From: Malacoraja senta
Lineage: Eukaryota
Direction: 5' to 3'
DNA: 64,000 nucleotides
NCBI GenBank assembly: GCA_038087875.1
Contig: CM075990.1
Span: 13,146,001 to 13,210,000, forward strand
Made by a program: the position numbers and the translations under genes
Shown here: piece after piece, positions 12,322 through 26,159 of the stretch
Numbering within the stretch: position 1 is the stretch's first letter
Layout: each line of letters starts with the position of its first letter
The notes under the pieces: generated by a model
Database searches by the model: none
What the model saw: only the letters and a program-made list of their open reading frames with translations
What the model was told of the DNA's origin: nothing

Positions 12322-12484
12322 TCTCTGGCTGCTTTTCATTTGGAGTTATTGACCGTACAAAATCTTGGGGTGTCATGAACACTTCGGAATCTCCATTCTC
12401 GCTGATGATCCTCAATGTTGCAAAGTATCGGAATATCTTATCTGGAGTAGAGTAAGCTCGAATTCGGTTCTCATATTCCATGAC
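12322..12484 (-). CDS. MICU1: MICU1 coding exon (equivalent to human exon 4), 163 nt
   Basis: ttccttag|GTCATG...GAGA|gtgagt. Translates [54 protein letters not shown], near-identical to MICU1. Confidence 0.97.
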
Positions 12485-13544
12485 CTAAGGAAAAAAGAAA
12501 AAAATGAATTCTATCAAAAGTTGCCTGCTCTGCCAACTGTTGCTAAGGGGAAAATGGTCTTATTTGTACCCAAAATGTAAAGCAATGATAGCAAAATATT
12601 TAATCACTGATTCGAAGGCAGGACTATAATTGAAAATTAACGCAAAAGGTCTTGAATCTTAAGTGACAACAAAATGTTAGATTTTACATAGTTAGCTTTT
12701 TGCAATACTGCTGACACCCATCAATATTTGTAACATATCGCTTTGTTTTTAAATATATAAATTGCACATCATTTCACACACCAAAACAATGGAGAGAAAT
12801 CCAGCATTTAGTATTGAATCTGATGGATTTGCCACACTTCAAAGTGTCAGTTTATAAAAGTCATTCCATGCTGATCTTCTGCAAACATAAACCTTACATT
12901 TATAATCAGTTTTCTGCATGCAAACCTTTGTGTATCAACTCTAATTAATTTGCTAAGGGGCTCTTTTCATTTAAAGGAAGAGTCTGTAACCAGAAAGAAC
13001 ATGACTGTTGAATGCCAGTGATCAACAAGAATAGCAGATTGCATTCACATAGTCTGACTTGCTCCGAGGGAATTCTTAAAACTTGTTCCAGATGACTTTG
13101 CAATTTGAATAGGACTACGTATTCTACGAACGAGGACAGAATACAAATTTCTTTTGAAAAATAAATTTTGAAAATGATAAAAGACAATGATCAAATTTTC
13201 TCCAAACTCCCACTGAAACAAACTCAATACTTGACTCAATAAGAGTAATGATAAATATTTTAATTATTTTTTTAAACCAAAATCGACTCTAGCATTTTTC
13301 CTCTTGAATTTAAGAGGTCTCAGAGAATGATGGAGGTTTATAAAATATTTTGATAGGTTGAATTGAAAAAAAGCTGTATCCTCTAATCAGCATGCCAGCA
13401 ACAGTCAACAACTCGGTTAAAAGAAAAATATAATCTTCCTTTGCATTGAATGCTGTGTTACCAAGCTCAGGGAACTGTCTCTGAGCTCCCCTTTGCAACT
13501 GAATCCTCAACTTCATCAACAGAAAACAATGAATTGGCAGCAAC

Positions 13545-13985
13545 ACTTCCTCCTCGATAAACATCAGCACAAGGGTACCTCAAGGCTGTGTGTTTAGTCC
13601 CCTGCTCTACTCATTCGATACCCATTACTGTGTAGATGGACACTGTTCCAATTCCATCTTTAAATTCGCTGACGACAGCACTGTTGCTGGACGAATTACG
13701 GTTAATGAGTCAGTGTATAGGAGGAAGATCGATCATCTGACTGAATGGTGCCAGAACAACAACCTTGCTCCCAACGTCAGTAAAACCAAGGAACTGACTG
13801 TTGACTTTCGAACAGGAAGGATCCACAAACCTGTCTGTATTGATGGATCGGTGGTGGAGAGAGTTAACAACTTCAGTTCCTCGGTGTACATATCTCTGAA
13901 GATCTGCCCAGGACCCAGCACATTGATGCAATCATAAAGAAAGCCCATCAACGCCTCTACTTCCTTGGAACATTGAGGAGATTGA
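13545..13985 (+). mobile_element. Rex1/Babar-like LINE RT fragment, decayed; a Penelope 3' piece follows at about 13988-14063
   Basis: PQGCVFSPLLYS...KFADD...NVSKTKEL motifs, similar to the 26.2-28.3 kb element. Confidence 0.8.
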
Positions 13986-14797
13986 CAAAATGTCACCTAT
14001 TCCTTCTCTCCATAGATGCTGCCCCACCCGCTGAGTTCCTCCAGCATTTTTGGTCTACCTTTCGACTGAGTTTAAAATCTCTAAGCAAGTTTTGTCTAAC
14101 AAAAGATTAATTTCATGTATCATTCAGAATGGGGAAAATGTAAAGGAAAAGTCATTTTGAATAAGCCACTAAACTACAAAGATGTGCAACATGATTTAAT
14201 AAACAATCCACCAACAGATGGCTGGCTGCACATATAAATGCCCAACTGCAACCTTTCTGCATTTGATTAATGTAGGAAAAGCCGTCATCTTTAATGTAGC
14301 CTGCCCTAACAACTGACACAAATCACCATAAAAGGTGATCTGGCAGAGCTTGCAAGATTTACACTATATTAAAATACAGAAAGCAGCTTTCATATCTGAC
14401 CGTCACTTCACAATGTAATTTGGAGACATAATAGATTGACTAGTATTGTCATTAGTGAAATCAATAATAATTCATTTCTAAAGTACAAAGCAAGCAAAGG
14501 TACATTACAGCTAATGAATGAATAAGAGCAATAATAACAACCAATTAGAAAACAAATATAATATACACAGTGTTTTTTCTGAAGGTTTTTAACAGATGCT
14601 AATATTGATGATAGCATCAATTCAACATGATATTGTCAAATCTAATTTCTTCAATTGTTTGCTGTTAAAATGCAAGTAAAGCATTATATTGGAGGTTCAA
14701 TGCAAAACATCCAAAAATGCAAACTCCACACCATGAAATAAAATAGCCAATGTTCATCACTGGTGGCCCACTCTATTAACCAATGCCACCAAGGACA

Positions 14798-14974
14798 CAC
14801 GGGATCCTCATCCCCTTTGATGTCTGGATTTCACATCTTACACTTCCTTATCTCTGTGTCTCCCTCTCCACGGACTCTCAGTCTGAAGAAGACTCTTGAC
14901 CTGAAACGTTACCCATTCCTTCTATCCAGAGATGCTGCCTGTCCTGCTGAGTTACTCCAGCATTTTGTGACTAT
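14798..14974 (+). mobile_element. Penelope-derived 3' fragment with 12-bp TSD
   Basis: CTGAAGA...GAAACGTT core from 14883. TSD ccaccaaggaca at 14786-14797 and 14975-14986. Confidence 0.8.
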
Positions 14975-15223
14975 CCACCAAGGACAAATGCAGGCTTGTG
15001 AAAGCGTGGCAGCATTTGTGTCTGAGTCAGCAAACAGATTCAATTCTGATGCTTTATACCAATAACTCCACAACCCCGACTGGACTCAAGTATGAAGAAG
15101 GACCATTCATGCAATTTCAAATTACTTGATATATTAACATATATCTCTACCAATGTAAGGGAAGGATGTAATTTCTAGGCTACTGTGAATTTTCCAGCAA
15201 TGGTTATAAAAAATTAGACATAC

Positions 15224-15377
15224 CTTCCGATCTCTGAATCCTTGTCGCTTCTTTTTCTCATTTTGTGTGTCCTCTTCCTGGGCCTTCACAGCCTCTCCGC
15301 CATCTTTTTCCTCCTCTACCCGAGACAAGCCATTTCTGGGAACATGTTTTACTGAAGCAGCTCCTTCAGCATGTGCT
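15224..15377 (-). CDS. MICU1: MICU1 coding exon (equivalent to human exon 3), 154 nt, with the polybasic KKKR motif
   Basis: cctcgacag|AGCACAT...CGGAAG|gtatgt. Translates (R)AHAEGAASVKH...EKKKRQGFRDRK versus human RAHAE...EEKKKKRSGFRDRK. Confidence 0.95.
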
Positions 15378-15983
15378 CTGTCGAGGAAATGTAACGATAT
15401 TATTTGGCATGCAGATATGTGGGAGTATAAGCAAAAGTCGTATATTTTTCAGCTTAAAAGAACAAACAAATGTAAATTACAGAAGTACAGTGAATAGCAG
15501 CCCCTTTTGACTTCCTATTAGACCTGCAAATAGCTGGTATTGCAACCACTATGCTATGGGAAAATATAGAAGCTCTTCTGTTAAAGCAATGAGATGAATG
15601 ATCATTTCATTTGTTTCTGATAGTATTGTGTAAGAACGGGTTTTATTATAATTGATAGCATGGCATCACGAAATTGCAACAGCAACCTTTAGGTTTTTTT
15701 GGTAAACATGTCTAGTTTTCTTTGCCATTTAACAAGTGATAGAAGCAAACTGCTTGAGGAACTCAGTGCGTCAGTCAGCATCTATTAAGGGAAATGATGA
15801 GATGATGTTTCGGTACAGGACCCTTCTTCAAGATCTTCCTCATATCTTGATCTTTCTAGCTGACACTTATCCAGTCCCTTTCACCCTACATGCAGTCATC
15901 TCGCAAACTCTCCACCTGATCCTCTTGAAGAAGAGCCCCAACCCAAATCGTCATCTGTTCAATTTTCTCCAAAGATGTTTATT

Positions 15984-18245
15984 ACTAATAACATATTATC
16001 CTCGAAATTTCAACTATCAAGGGGAAATAGACAAGGATGCTCATTATCACCACAGCTGTTTGCTCTCATTATTGAACCGCTAGCAGAAAAAATTAGAATA
16101 CACCCTGATATTCATGGATATAATACTAAAGACTCATATAATAAAATATCTTTATACGCGGATGATATATTATTGTATATTACAAAACCTCAAATCACTA
16201 TACCAAATATATTAAATTTAATTGAAGACTTCGGATCTTTTTCTGGATATAGAATAAATTGGAATAAAAGTGAAATTATGTCAATAAAACCGAAAGATTC
16301 AACACATCTTTTAAAATTCCCTTTTAAAATAGCTACAGAAAAATTTAAATATTTGGGAATCGAAATTACCAGAGCATATCAAGGTATGTTCAGGGCAAAT
16401 TTTGACCCCCTACTTAATAAACTGAATACATTAATTAAATTCTGGAAAACGCTCCCGATGTCTTTAATAGGCCGAATAAACGCAATAAAAATGATCTTTT
16501 TACCACAAATTTTATACCTATTTCAATCAATTCCTATATACTTACCTAAGAAGTTTTTTAAAAAACTCGACTCAGATATCACTAATTTTATATGGGACTA
16601 TAAATCACATAGAATACAAAAAACCCATCTGAATAAATCTAAAGTATTGGGGGGTCTAGCACTACCTAATTTTATGTATTATTATTGGTCAGTAAATATT
16701 AAAAACATGATTCAACTGATGGATAACTCCGCCCAGCAAGTAGACTGGATTGTAATGGAGAAAGAGGATTGCTCCTCTAGAAACATTGGAGCGATCCTCC
16801 TCTCTCCAATGAAATTGAATAACATAAACTATAATAAGAACCCAATTATTCATAGTACAATCCGTATTTGGAAACAAATAAAACAAAATTTAAAATTAAG
16901 AAACTTATCACTTTTATTACCTATAGTCAATAACCCTTCGTTTAGTCCTTCTATTATAGATAAAGCTTATACACAATGGGATAGACTAGGAATTAAAACG
17001 CTTGGTGACTTGTATGAAACTGGAAAATTACTTTCATTTCAACAATTACAAATAAAATATAAACTCGGAAATAATCAATATTTTAAATACTTTCAAATAT
17101 GCGACTATTTGAAAAAATATACAAAAGATCATCATAATAACCCAGCAGATGTACTGGACGAGGCAATGCAGATAAAAGCGGAATCAGCAAACTTAATATC
17201 ATATTTGTACAATATTATCTTAAATGCACAAATACCATCTACGGAGGGTATCAGAAGAGACTGGGAACAAGAGTTAGCTATTAAAATTTCAAAGGAAAGT
17301 TGGAATGAATACTTATTAAAAGTGCATAAATGCTCGATTAATGTAAGACACACTTTAATACAATTTAAAATTTTACATAGATTATATTATTCGAAAACTA
17401 AAATTCATAAAATTTTCCCAAACGTATCATCTATTTGTGATAAATGTCAATCCCAAGAAGCAACTATAGCGCACTCATTTGTCTTCTGTACAAAAATTCA
17501 AAAATTTTGGAATGAAATTTTTGAAATCTTTACAAAGTTATTTAAAACAAGACTGATACCCAAAGCAGAATGGATTATCTTCGGAATAACGGAAGATGAT
17601 CCAGAACTAAATGTGTTTCAAAAGAAATTAATGGATTATGGGTTAATAACTGGAAAAAAGCTAATTCTAAAATTTTGGAAGAAGGCTCCAATACCAACTA
17701 TAAATATGTGGATTTCAAATATGTTTGAAACATTACACCTTGAAGAGATAAGACTCCTCCTAGCAGGTAAACCAGATCACTTCCACCTGACGTGGTCTGC
17801 ATTTATAGAATTATTACAAACATAGGGTGCAAAAGTACTTTAAAAAAAATAAAAAATTGAGGTCGGGTAAGGGGGGATGATAGTTGAAGAGTTGGTATGT
17901 CCTATTTACGTGATGCTCAAAAAAAAAAAACATTTGTTTCTCTTTTTTTCTCTTTCTCTTTTCTTTTCTTAGGGCCTATTTCTTAACTCTTTTTCTTTTT
18001 GTTTTTAATTTTGCTCTTATAGGGTCTTCGTCCTTTTTTGTTGTTACATTTTCTACACTTTTCTACACTTGCACTTTTTCCTTCACTTTCTTCTCTCTTT
18101 CAATCTTTTCTTTCTCTAGTGTAAAAAAATAAATAAAGGGAGTACATTAATTGTAAGAAGATATAAATGACGAGTATTAATGTATGTGGTTGTAATGTAA
18201 TGTACTTCTAATAAATAAAAATTAAAAAAAAAAAAAAAAAAAAAA
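15984..18245 (+). mobile_element. L1-clade LINE, 5'-truncated, uninterrupted ORF2 3' half, poly(A) tail and TSD
   Basis: ORF with RQGCSLSP, YADD and a C-terminal CDKC-x8-H-x4-C knuckle. T-rich 3' UTR, AATAAA, poly(A). TSD aaagatgtttatt at 15971-15983 and 18246-18258. Confidence 0.95.
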
Positions 18246-20548
18246 AAAGATGTTTATTTTTGTTCAAGACTCTAGCATCTGCAGTCTCGTGTCTAACCTG
18301 AAAAAAAAATCCCATTATAGGTGCATGAAATCCTATCTTGATTTTTTTTTTTCAAAGACCTAACAGCACCAATATCTTTTTTTGTTAGCTGGGAGAAAAC
18401 CAAAATAAAATGTTTTCAATGAATATTTTTCAGATTACTATTTATTATCAAATACAAGAATACAAATGCAGCTTGGGAAATGCATCATCTACTGAAAAAG
18501 ACCAAACTGTACACAAACTACATAAGTCATGTTTCCCAATGAAAAGTTTTATATAATCTTTCAGTGGACTAGATGGAATCAATCACAATAGTATGGATAA
18601 ATACAGACAGTGAATGATTCTGGAAAATATTACTTCTATAAACTGATGCTCTATTCCAACTTCTAACATCTGTGAGACATCAAGAACTTTGCCATCATAC
18701 AAGAAACATTTGCAGGCTTTTGATCAACAAGATATGAAATTATAATTGCAACATTTCTAATTTGGAAAACTTTTTGGGGTCGGCAATATTTTTTAGTGGG
18801 AAGGTTTTGAGAACAAACAAGTAACAAATAGCAGATTGACGGTGGGTAGGAGGCAATTACATTGAATCATCCTGGATTTGGCCAACAGCTGAAATTAATC
18901 ACCTATGGTGCACAGCAGCATTAGCCAACTTTGGATATAAATTAAAATGACATGCCATACCCAAGAGTCGTCCACGAAGTGGAATGGGCAGCCAGTGAAA
19001 CTTGCCTTCACAAATTCGATCCCAGGGGATCTGTTACCCTGCCACAGATTATTCTGTTGACAGCTCACTGCAGTTAGAATACTTTAACTGTCTCTGCTAG
19101 TCAAAGACATCTAAAAATGTTCACGTCTGCAAAACTTTTATAGGAATTAAAATGGAATTTAGTTTAAAGCTTAATAAAATAAATAAGTCACATATATGCA
19201 TGGATCTTTTTTACCCACGGTGACAAATCTCATTCAAGTGCTGGGGGTGGTCATGATTCTTACTATAGCTAACTCTGGTCTAAAAATGAGGGGGCAAATG
19301 TTTTTTTGCATGTAGCTTGTCTCTTCAGTATATTGGTGTTCCGCCATTCAACTTGATGGAGAATCCAACTGTGAACTAGGAAGTCAAATACAATAGCAAG
19401 TTATCTTGAACTTCTCTAAATTCAAAGTACAGATATGGATTTCTTAAATGAGTCAAGCATTAATCTCAGATTACACTCAATATACAGATACCCCAAAATC
19501 AACAAAAGCAAAACAGACATGTATGGAAATAGTAGAGAAACACAATAAAAATAGGGTTCACAACTAGAGAATTTCAATTTCTCAATTATCAACTGTAATT
19601 GGCATGGCATAAGAATCAGAAGGCACAACATTTTTTGAGATATGTCCAGGAAATGTGATGGCGCCACCAGCTGAGAAAGGTAGTGAAAGTTTCTGAAGAG
19701 AGAGCGAGAGAGAGAGGAAATCAGGAAGCGGTAAAGCTTAACGTCAATGAGGTGTTGATCCTCGAACTTGTACAATTTGACAAATGCAGTTAATGAACTG
19801 CAGAAAGTGAACAAGACCGCAATTCCACTTTTTGTGAGAAATGAAGCATAGAATGTGCGACAGAGCCTTTCCATTAATAGGCTGGACTAAGAATTACAAA
19901 TTGACAAATGCTGCAAAATTGTTATTGGATTTTACTTTAATTAATTTATGCTTCTATTGTGTCCACCTCTCTGGCATTAAATTGACATGCTTGTCAGATA
20001 AATGACATATTTCAAGCGGATAATGAATATTGTAAATGATATTTCTGAACACTGCAAATGTTTTAAAACATCACGGCAGCAACCTTCCAGAAAGATTGAG
20101 CATGTAACTTGAATAATGGTCCATCAAATAAATGAAATGGCATTCCTTGTGGTAAAATTTTTTTTAAAGGCAAAGAAATACATCACTCCCTCGTGTGTCT
20201 CCTGTGATTTGACATTTTTACGCCAGAAAGGCTCCAATGTACTCTTTAATTTACTGAAAATTTGTTGTTCTAAAATCTCAATAAATTATATTTATCCAAC
20301 ATTGTAGTAGTTCCTGTACTTCTAAGTCACTTTACCCAGAAGTACCAGGAATACAAGCCTAAATGTAATGGATCACCATCCATCAATGACCAGAACCGAA
20401 CTAAACATCCCAATGCTACCTGATAATGCTTTACCATAACAGTGAGCTCAATTGTAAACCATCACTTACACTTCACACTAATATACGTCTGCATGTATGC
20501 CTTCTGGGGAAAAAAATGAACACTGCATAGACGGATAATACATTTACA

Positions 20549-20722
20549 TGGAAGATAGACACAAAATGCTGGAGCAACTCAGCGGGACAGGCAGCATCTC
20601 TGGAGAGAAGGAATTCATGTCGACACCCTTCTTCAAGTCTGACGCAAAACATTCCTTCTCTCCAGAGATGCTACCTGTCTCGGTAGTATCTTCGGTATAA
20701 ACTAGCATCTGCAGTTCCTTCC
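20549..20722. mobile_element. Foldback Penelope-derived mini-element with 12-bp TSD
   Basis: TSD aatacatttaca at 20537-20548 and 20723-20734. Inverted gcagcatctctggagagaaggaat arms. Confidence 0.8.
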
Positions 20723-23700
20723 AATACATTTACACAATCATATGCAATCACAGATTTAACCATGTCTCCGAATTTCTAATTCTCTGATCCCTATAATGGT
20801 GGAAAACTGTACAAGGACAGAGTGCGTTGACTAGATATTTATGGGCCAGGTTGACCAGAAGGCTCTGGAGCCCGTCACTGAATACATTTAGGAAGGAGAT
20901 GCATAGCCTTCACTTTACAGAAGGTACCAAGGGGTCTGGGGAAGAGGAGGTAAACTTTACTGACAGAGGATTTCTCACAAGAAAAATGACTAATGGACTA
21001 CTCCTGCTTCTATTGTTCAATGTTCTGTTCTTCTATAGCACCTCTGCAGGAATGTCCAGTCACACCTCTGACAATTTTCAGTTCCACCCTTTTCCTCATT
21101 GAGCCAGCTACCTACCATTCAGTCCACAGGACCTTTCCTGTACGTACTTCTGATCCTCACTATAATTTCTGGCCCCAAGCACCTCCACAAAAAAATTCAG
21201 AGGACACACATGACTGATGCAGAAAGTGTCAGAATACCCATACCAAGTCTTCTACCCGATGTATAAAAGAGAACCATCCACTCTGGTTCCTCTTCTTCTC
21301 CTCTGTTCTCCCTTTAATGTTGGGCTTCACCAGACAACTCGTTGTAAGGCAGCAAATGCAGCGGCAGGTCAGAGATGTTAAGTGGAAATATCCCATGATT
21401 AAGTGAGGAATGGCACATTCACGGGGAAGAACAAATCAATGGTGTGGATAGATTGTCCAACTATAATGTTTTGCATCATTTATTTCACTGTACAGACTGA
21501 GCATTCAGCTTTGCTGTTGGATGCCAGCTGATAAAACACAGAAAATTATGCCAAATGTCATCTTGCATAAAAGCTGCAAGAAGTGCTGATAGTAACTGTG
21601 AACCATTATCAGAGACTAACTATTCTGACAAAAGTCAACATTCAAAACATAACTTTAAAAAAAAACTTCTCAGGATGGCGAGGTGTTACTTCTCATCAGT
21701 AACACCATTTTGTTTTCTTCCTTTATTTATCAGAATCCAGGCATCGCTGGCATGTCCAGCATTTATCGCCCATCACTAATCACACTTGACAATGGTTCTG
21801 ATGAAGTCCAGCGATGAAGATGTTCTCAAATTGCTATTGGACAGGCAGTGCTAGGATTTAGACTCAGTGATGAAGATGCAACAGCGATATATTTTCAGGC
21901 CAGGAAGATGTGTCACTTGGCAGGAATCATTCAGAGGGCATTGTGCCCATGCACCTGAAATACCTGCCCTTCCTTGTGCAATAGTTGCAAGTTTGGGAAG
22001 TGCTATCAATGTAATCTAGGTGAGTAATTACAGTGCATTCTGTAGAGGTTATGGTAAACACCTTGTTTTGGACATTCAAGGTTATAGTAATTCGCCCTTA
22101 TGGAATTCACAAATTACTACCCCAAAATCCAAGATAAATAAAATTTGTTTTAAGGAACTTATTGGAATGAGGGGTTGTGGGGAGAATTAAATAAATGGAC
22201 AGAAAATGTAAAATAAACTAAAAATGTAGTTATTTTAAACCATCACTTTTTGATAAACGCACAGATCAAGTGACTTTCTTAGAACCACAACATTCATTTT
22301 GTTGTCCAGCCATTTATTTCTTCCCAAAAGCATTCCATATTATATATTCTCAAAATGTCTGAAACAAGACCAGCAATTTTAAATGTTTAAATTATTTGTC
22401 ACGACTTATATCATTAAACAATCTTACTTATATTTGAGGAAAAAGCAACCACAGATACTGGAATAATGAGTGACAAACAAACTGCTGGAGTAACTCAGCA
22501 GCTCAGGCAGCATCTGGGGAATAAAATGGACAGGTGATGTTTTATTCCAGACACCTTCTTCAGTCTGAGTGAAAGATCCAACCCAAAACTATGTTGGTTC
22601 AACTCACTCCACAGATGCTGCCTGACCCACTGAGTTCTTCCAGCAGCTCATGTTTTACTTACTTATGTTTGATCTGTGTTTAAAAGTGTACTTTTCCCAT
22701 TCAAACAGGAAGACAGGAAGGTGATAAGCATCTGCAGTCACACGTGTCTCTAAACACTGCTGCTGGCCACATTGGAAGATTGTCCTGTTAGTTTCCAAAG
22801 ATAATTGCTCGAGTGGGGATGCCCCCAACTGGCTCCGAACCAGCAGCTGCAGTACTCATCATTAGTGTTGATAGAAAAACATGGGGTTTGTGATTGCAAC
22901 CTTCATGTGGTCCACCCTGTTTCGACGAATGCAATCAACCTGGCGTGCACAAACAGAAGATCAAACAGAACAAGTTGTCTTACAACTTTAGGCTGTGCAC
23001 GCCATATGCAAGAAGAAGAAGAGAAAAACATCCAGTAGGAACGCAATTCCACTACATATTGGGATGCCGTGAGAAGTAGGATTTTGCATCACGGACTGAT
23101 TTCTCGGTACGTAAAACCTCCATATCGTGGGGGTTGCCTGTGCACTGTGTCATGGAGATGAAGAGAAACACCATTTTGGAAAGAAGGCCGCTGATGATGC
23201 AGCGGAAAATGGCTTGCCTTAGATATTGCCCTGTGGAACCATTGCAATGATATCCTGAGGTTGGAATAAATTTCCTCCAGCAACCACGATCATCTTCCTT
23301 CGTGCAAGATACGACTAGATCACTAAAGTATTTACTCTGTGCCCATTCAATTCAGTTTTACCAGAACTCCTTAATATCATGGCAAACACTTTCATGGCAA
23401 CTGTGCAAATTAGCTCTTTGATTCATGTTTGGAACAAGGTTGTGATGTGGTCTCAAACCACATGAGCTATTGAAACTTAACTGTGGATTATTGAGCCAGT
23501 TATCGGTGAGCAAGGAATGCATGGCAGCAGTGCCAATGATACTTTCATCACTTTGCTGATGGGTGAGAATATAGCTAATGGATTGCAATTAAGCAAATTG
23601 GATTTATTCTGCTTCTTGTGGACAGGATAAACCTGGGCAATTTTCCACAAGGCTCAGTGGATGTCAGTGTTATAATTTGGAGTGGCTAACCACTAGAATG

Positions 23701-24974
23701 AGGAAATAATTCAATCCTAGCTGGAAATAAAATCAATGTGCACAATCTAGAACAGCTGAGCCAGCCACCTCCACATCATGTACCTATCCTTGGCTGAACT
23801 GCAGTCCCGGCACATAACGCAGCAGTGACTGATTAACTACATCAGCAGCAACAAGTAAACCTGAGCCACAACCCTTCATGTGTACCATTCCCATTCTTGC
23901 TGGGAACTTCAACAAGAATATTCCAAAGATTCACTGACCTCTGGGTGAACAAATTTCTATTCATCTCAATCCTGAATGCTCAATCCCTTATTTTGAAACA
24001 GTGACCGACTCCTGATTCTAGACATCACCTCACCAAATCCACTAAAAATGATATAACTTTCAATTATATAATTTGTCATTCTTCTGGCGAGGATTGGCCT
24101 TAAACCCTTAAGCTTTCCTCGTTTGACAAACCCGTTATCCTTGGAATCAATCTGATGAACCTCTGCTAATGTCTTCAATCAAATCATTAATACCGATCAT
24201 GAACAACTGTGACCTTGGCATCAATCATTGGAACATTCACAAGTTTCAACCTCCTAAATCAAAATTTAATCATTTATTAGTCATAGAGTAAGATAGCATG
24301 GAAACAGGCCCTTTAGCTCAACCTGTCCATGCCGCCCAAAATGCACAATCTAAACTAGTCCCACCTACCCAGGTTTGGCCCACATCCCTCTGAACCTTCC
24401 TATCCATGTACCTGTCCAAATGTCTTCTAAATGTTTTTATAATACCTGCCTATAGTACCTTGCTACCTGTTATTCAATCCTCAATATACTGAAGAAATTG
24501 AATCTGCATCAAAGGAAACAAAAATAAGCAGTGGTGTTTCTAACTTAAACATGCACCAACAGCACCATGTTGACAAAAGCAAACATCCCACAAAGAGTGA
24601 AAACCTGATATAAACACCAAATGTGAGTAATATTCAAAAGGTCTGGCAGCATGTGTGGAGAATCCACTGCATTCACAGATCTTCCTTTGGGCTGTATATC
24701 TCTCTCAACAAATCATTCATAACTTCAATATTATTTATTTCTGTTGTGCTATACGTAATTTCTAAAGTGATTCATAAGGAGGCTATTAAATTTATTTCTA
24801 TGGAGGAACATTTACAACAGCCACACAAAGCATGGGTGAAAGAGTCCTGCATTTTCAGAAGCAATTTCAGAAGCTTTTTTTGATAAATTGTTGAGCCAGA
24901 AGTCCAATCCAGATGTTTAGGTGAACTGATCAGATATAATGTCACACGGGAAGAACAGGAAATCCTGTGACTAA

Positions 24975-25466
24975 AGGGCCCGTCCCACCAGCATGCGATA
25001 GCATGCGTCTAGCGCGACCAAACGTGGTCGCTCGCGGGGCCGGTCCCACTTCGATCGCTGGAGGCGTATGGAGTTGTGCGGGGCTGGTCCCGACATCGCG
25101 CGGGGCTCCAAAAATCTTGCACTGTTCTAAAATCCCGCGTAACAACGGCCTGTACGGACAACGGGCGTACGCAGCGTCTTGACGTCGTACGCAGCGTCTC
25201 GACGGCGTACGCCTAGCACGTGGCGTTGCGCGATGACGTCACCGCCCGGCGTGCCGTTGCGTGATGACGTCACCGCCCGACGTCCAAATTCAGTCGGCCC
25301 GCCTCCTGCCCAGCTGATTGGTGGGTATGATGCCGGGACCAGCCCCGCACAACTCCATACGTCTCCGCGGTTGGAAGTGGGACCGGCCCCGCGAGGCCGT
25401 ACACCTCAAGCCACCACGTTTGGTCGCGCTAGACTAATGCAATCGCATGCTGGTGGGACAGGCCCT
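24975..25466. mobile_element. PIF/Harbinger-type MITE, long imperfect TIRs, TAA TSD
   Basis: TAA|AGGGCCCGTCCCACCAGCATGCG...CGCATGCTGGTGGGACAGGCCCT|TAA. Arms are complementary for more than 100 bp. CpG-rich. Confidence 0.88.
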
Positions 25467-26159
25467 TAACACAACTGTCATTGAAGAGCGACAGACTGAC
25501 TGCTTGTAAGTTCTGCAGAAGTTGGTTGCTGTATTACCCTTTTATGCCTATTTTAAAAGGTAATCAATTGTCTATTAAACACTCAATAAACTTGTGGTTC
25601 TCATTTACTACCTACAATAACAGTCTATTGCTATGACACTTCAACCATTCAGCTAACATAAGCAGAAGATAGCTAACATACTTGTCCCTTTTGCAAGCTG
25701 TTAAATATTTTGCAAAAGATCTTTTAATTAATTTACTTAAACATGAGGATATACTACGGGTTTTAAAGATATTGAAGAAACCCAGTAAATCAACTAACAA
25801 TTCATAGCTTTTGCTCAAAAAACACAAAGTGTGGAGTAACTCAGTGGATCAGACAGCATCTATGGAGAACATAGACAGGCAATGTTTTCGGTTGCGACCC
25901 TTCTTCAAACATTTGCTCTGTTGTTTTCTACCCTAGTTCCATTACCATAATACTCCATAGTTCAAATAAAACATTTTAAGCACAGGTACTTTGTTAGTAC
26001 ACTTTCAATTGTAAATATTTTGAAACAGCGGCGCCCATATAGAATTCAAACGGCAATTACATTTAAAACAAGAATTTTTGTTGCAAAATATACATTATTA
26101 CATTGCAGCAACTCAATCTCATACCATGAAGACTCTTCAAGGTTTATAGACTACCCAGG

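Noticed and set aside
15975..17825. 616-aa ORF as a host gene or domesticated RT
   Set aside because: It is a 5'-truncated L1 ORF2 with poly(A) tail and TSD, lacking the endonuclease and the RT N-terminus.
19422..19874. 150-aa ORF
   Set aside because: No recognisable homology, splice structure or domain. Treated as a chance intronic ORF.
24975..25466. CpG island marking a separate gene promoter
   Set aside because: The CpG-rich tract is exactly bounded by TIRs and a TAA TSD, so it is a MITE.
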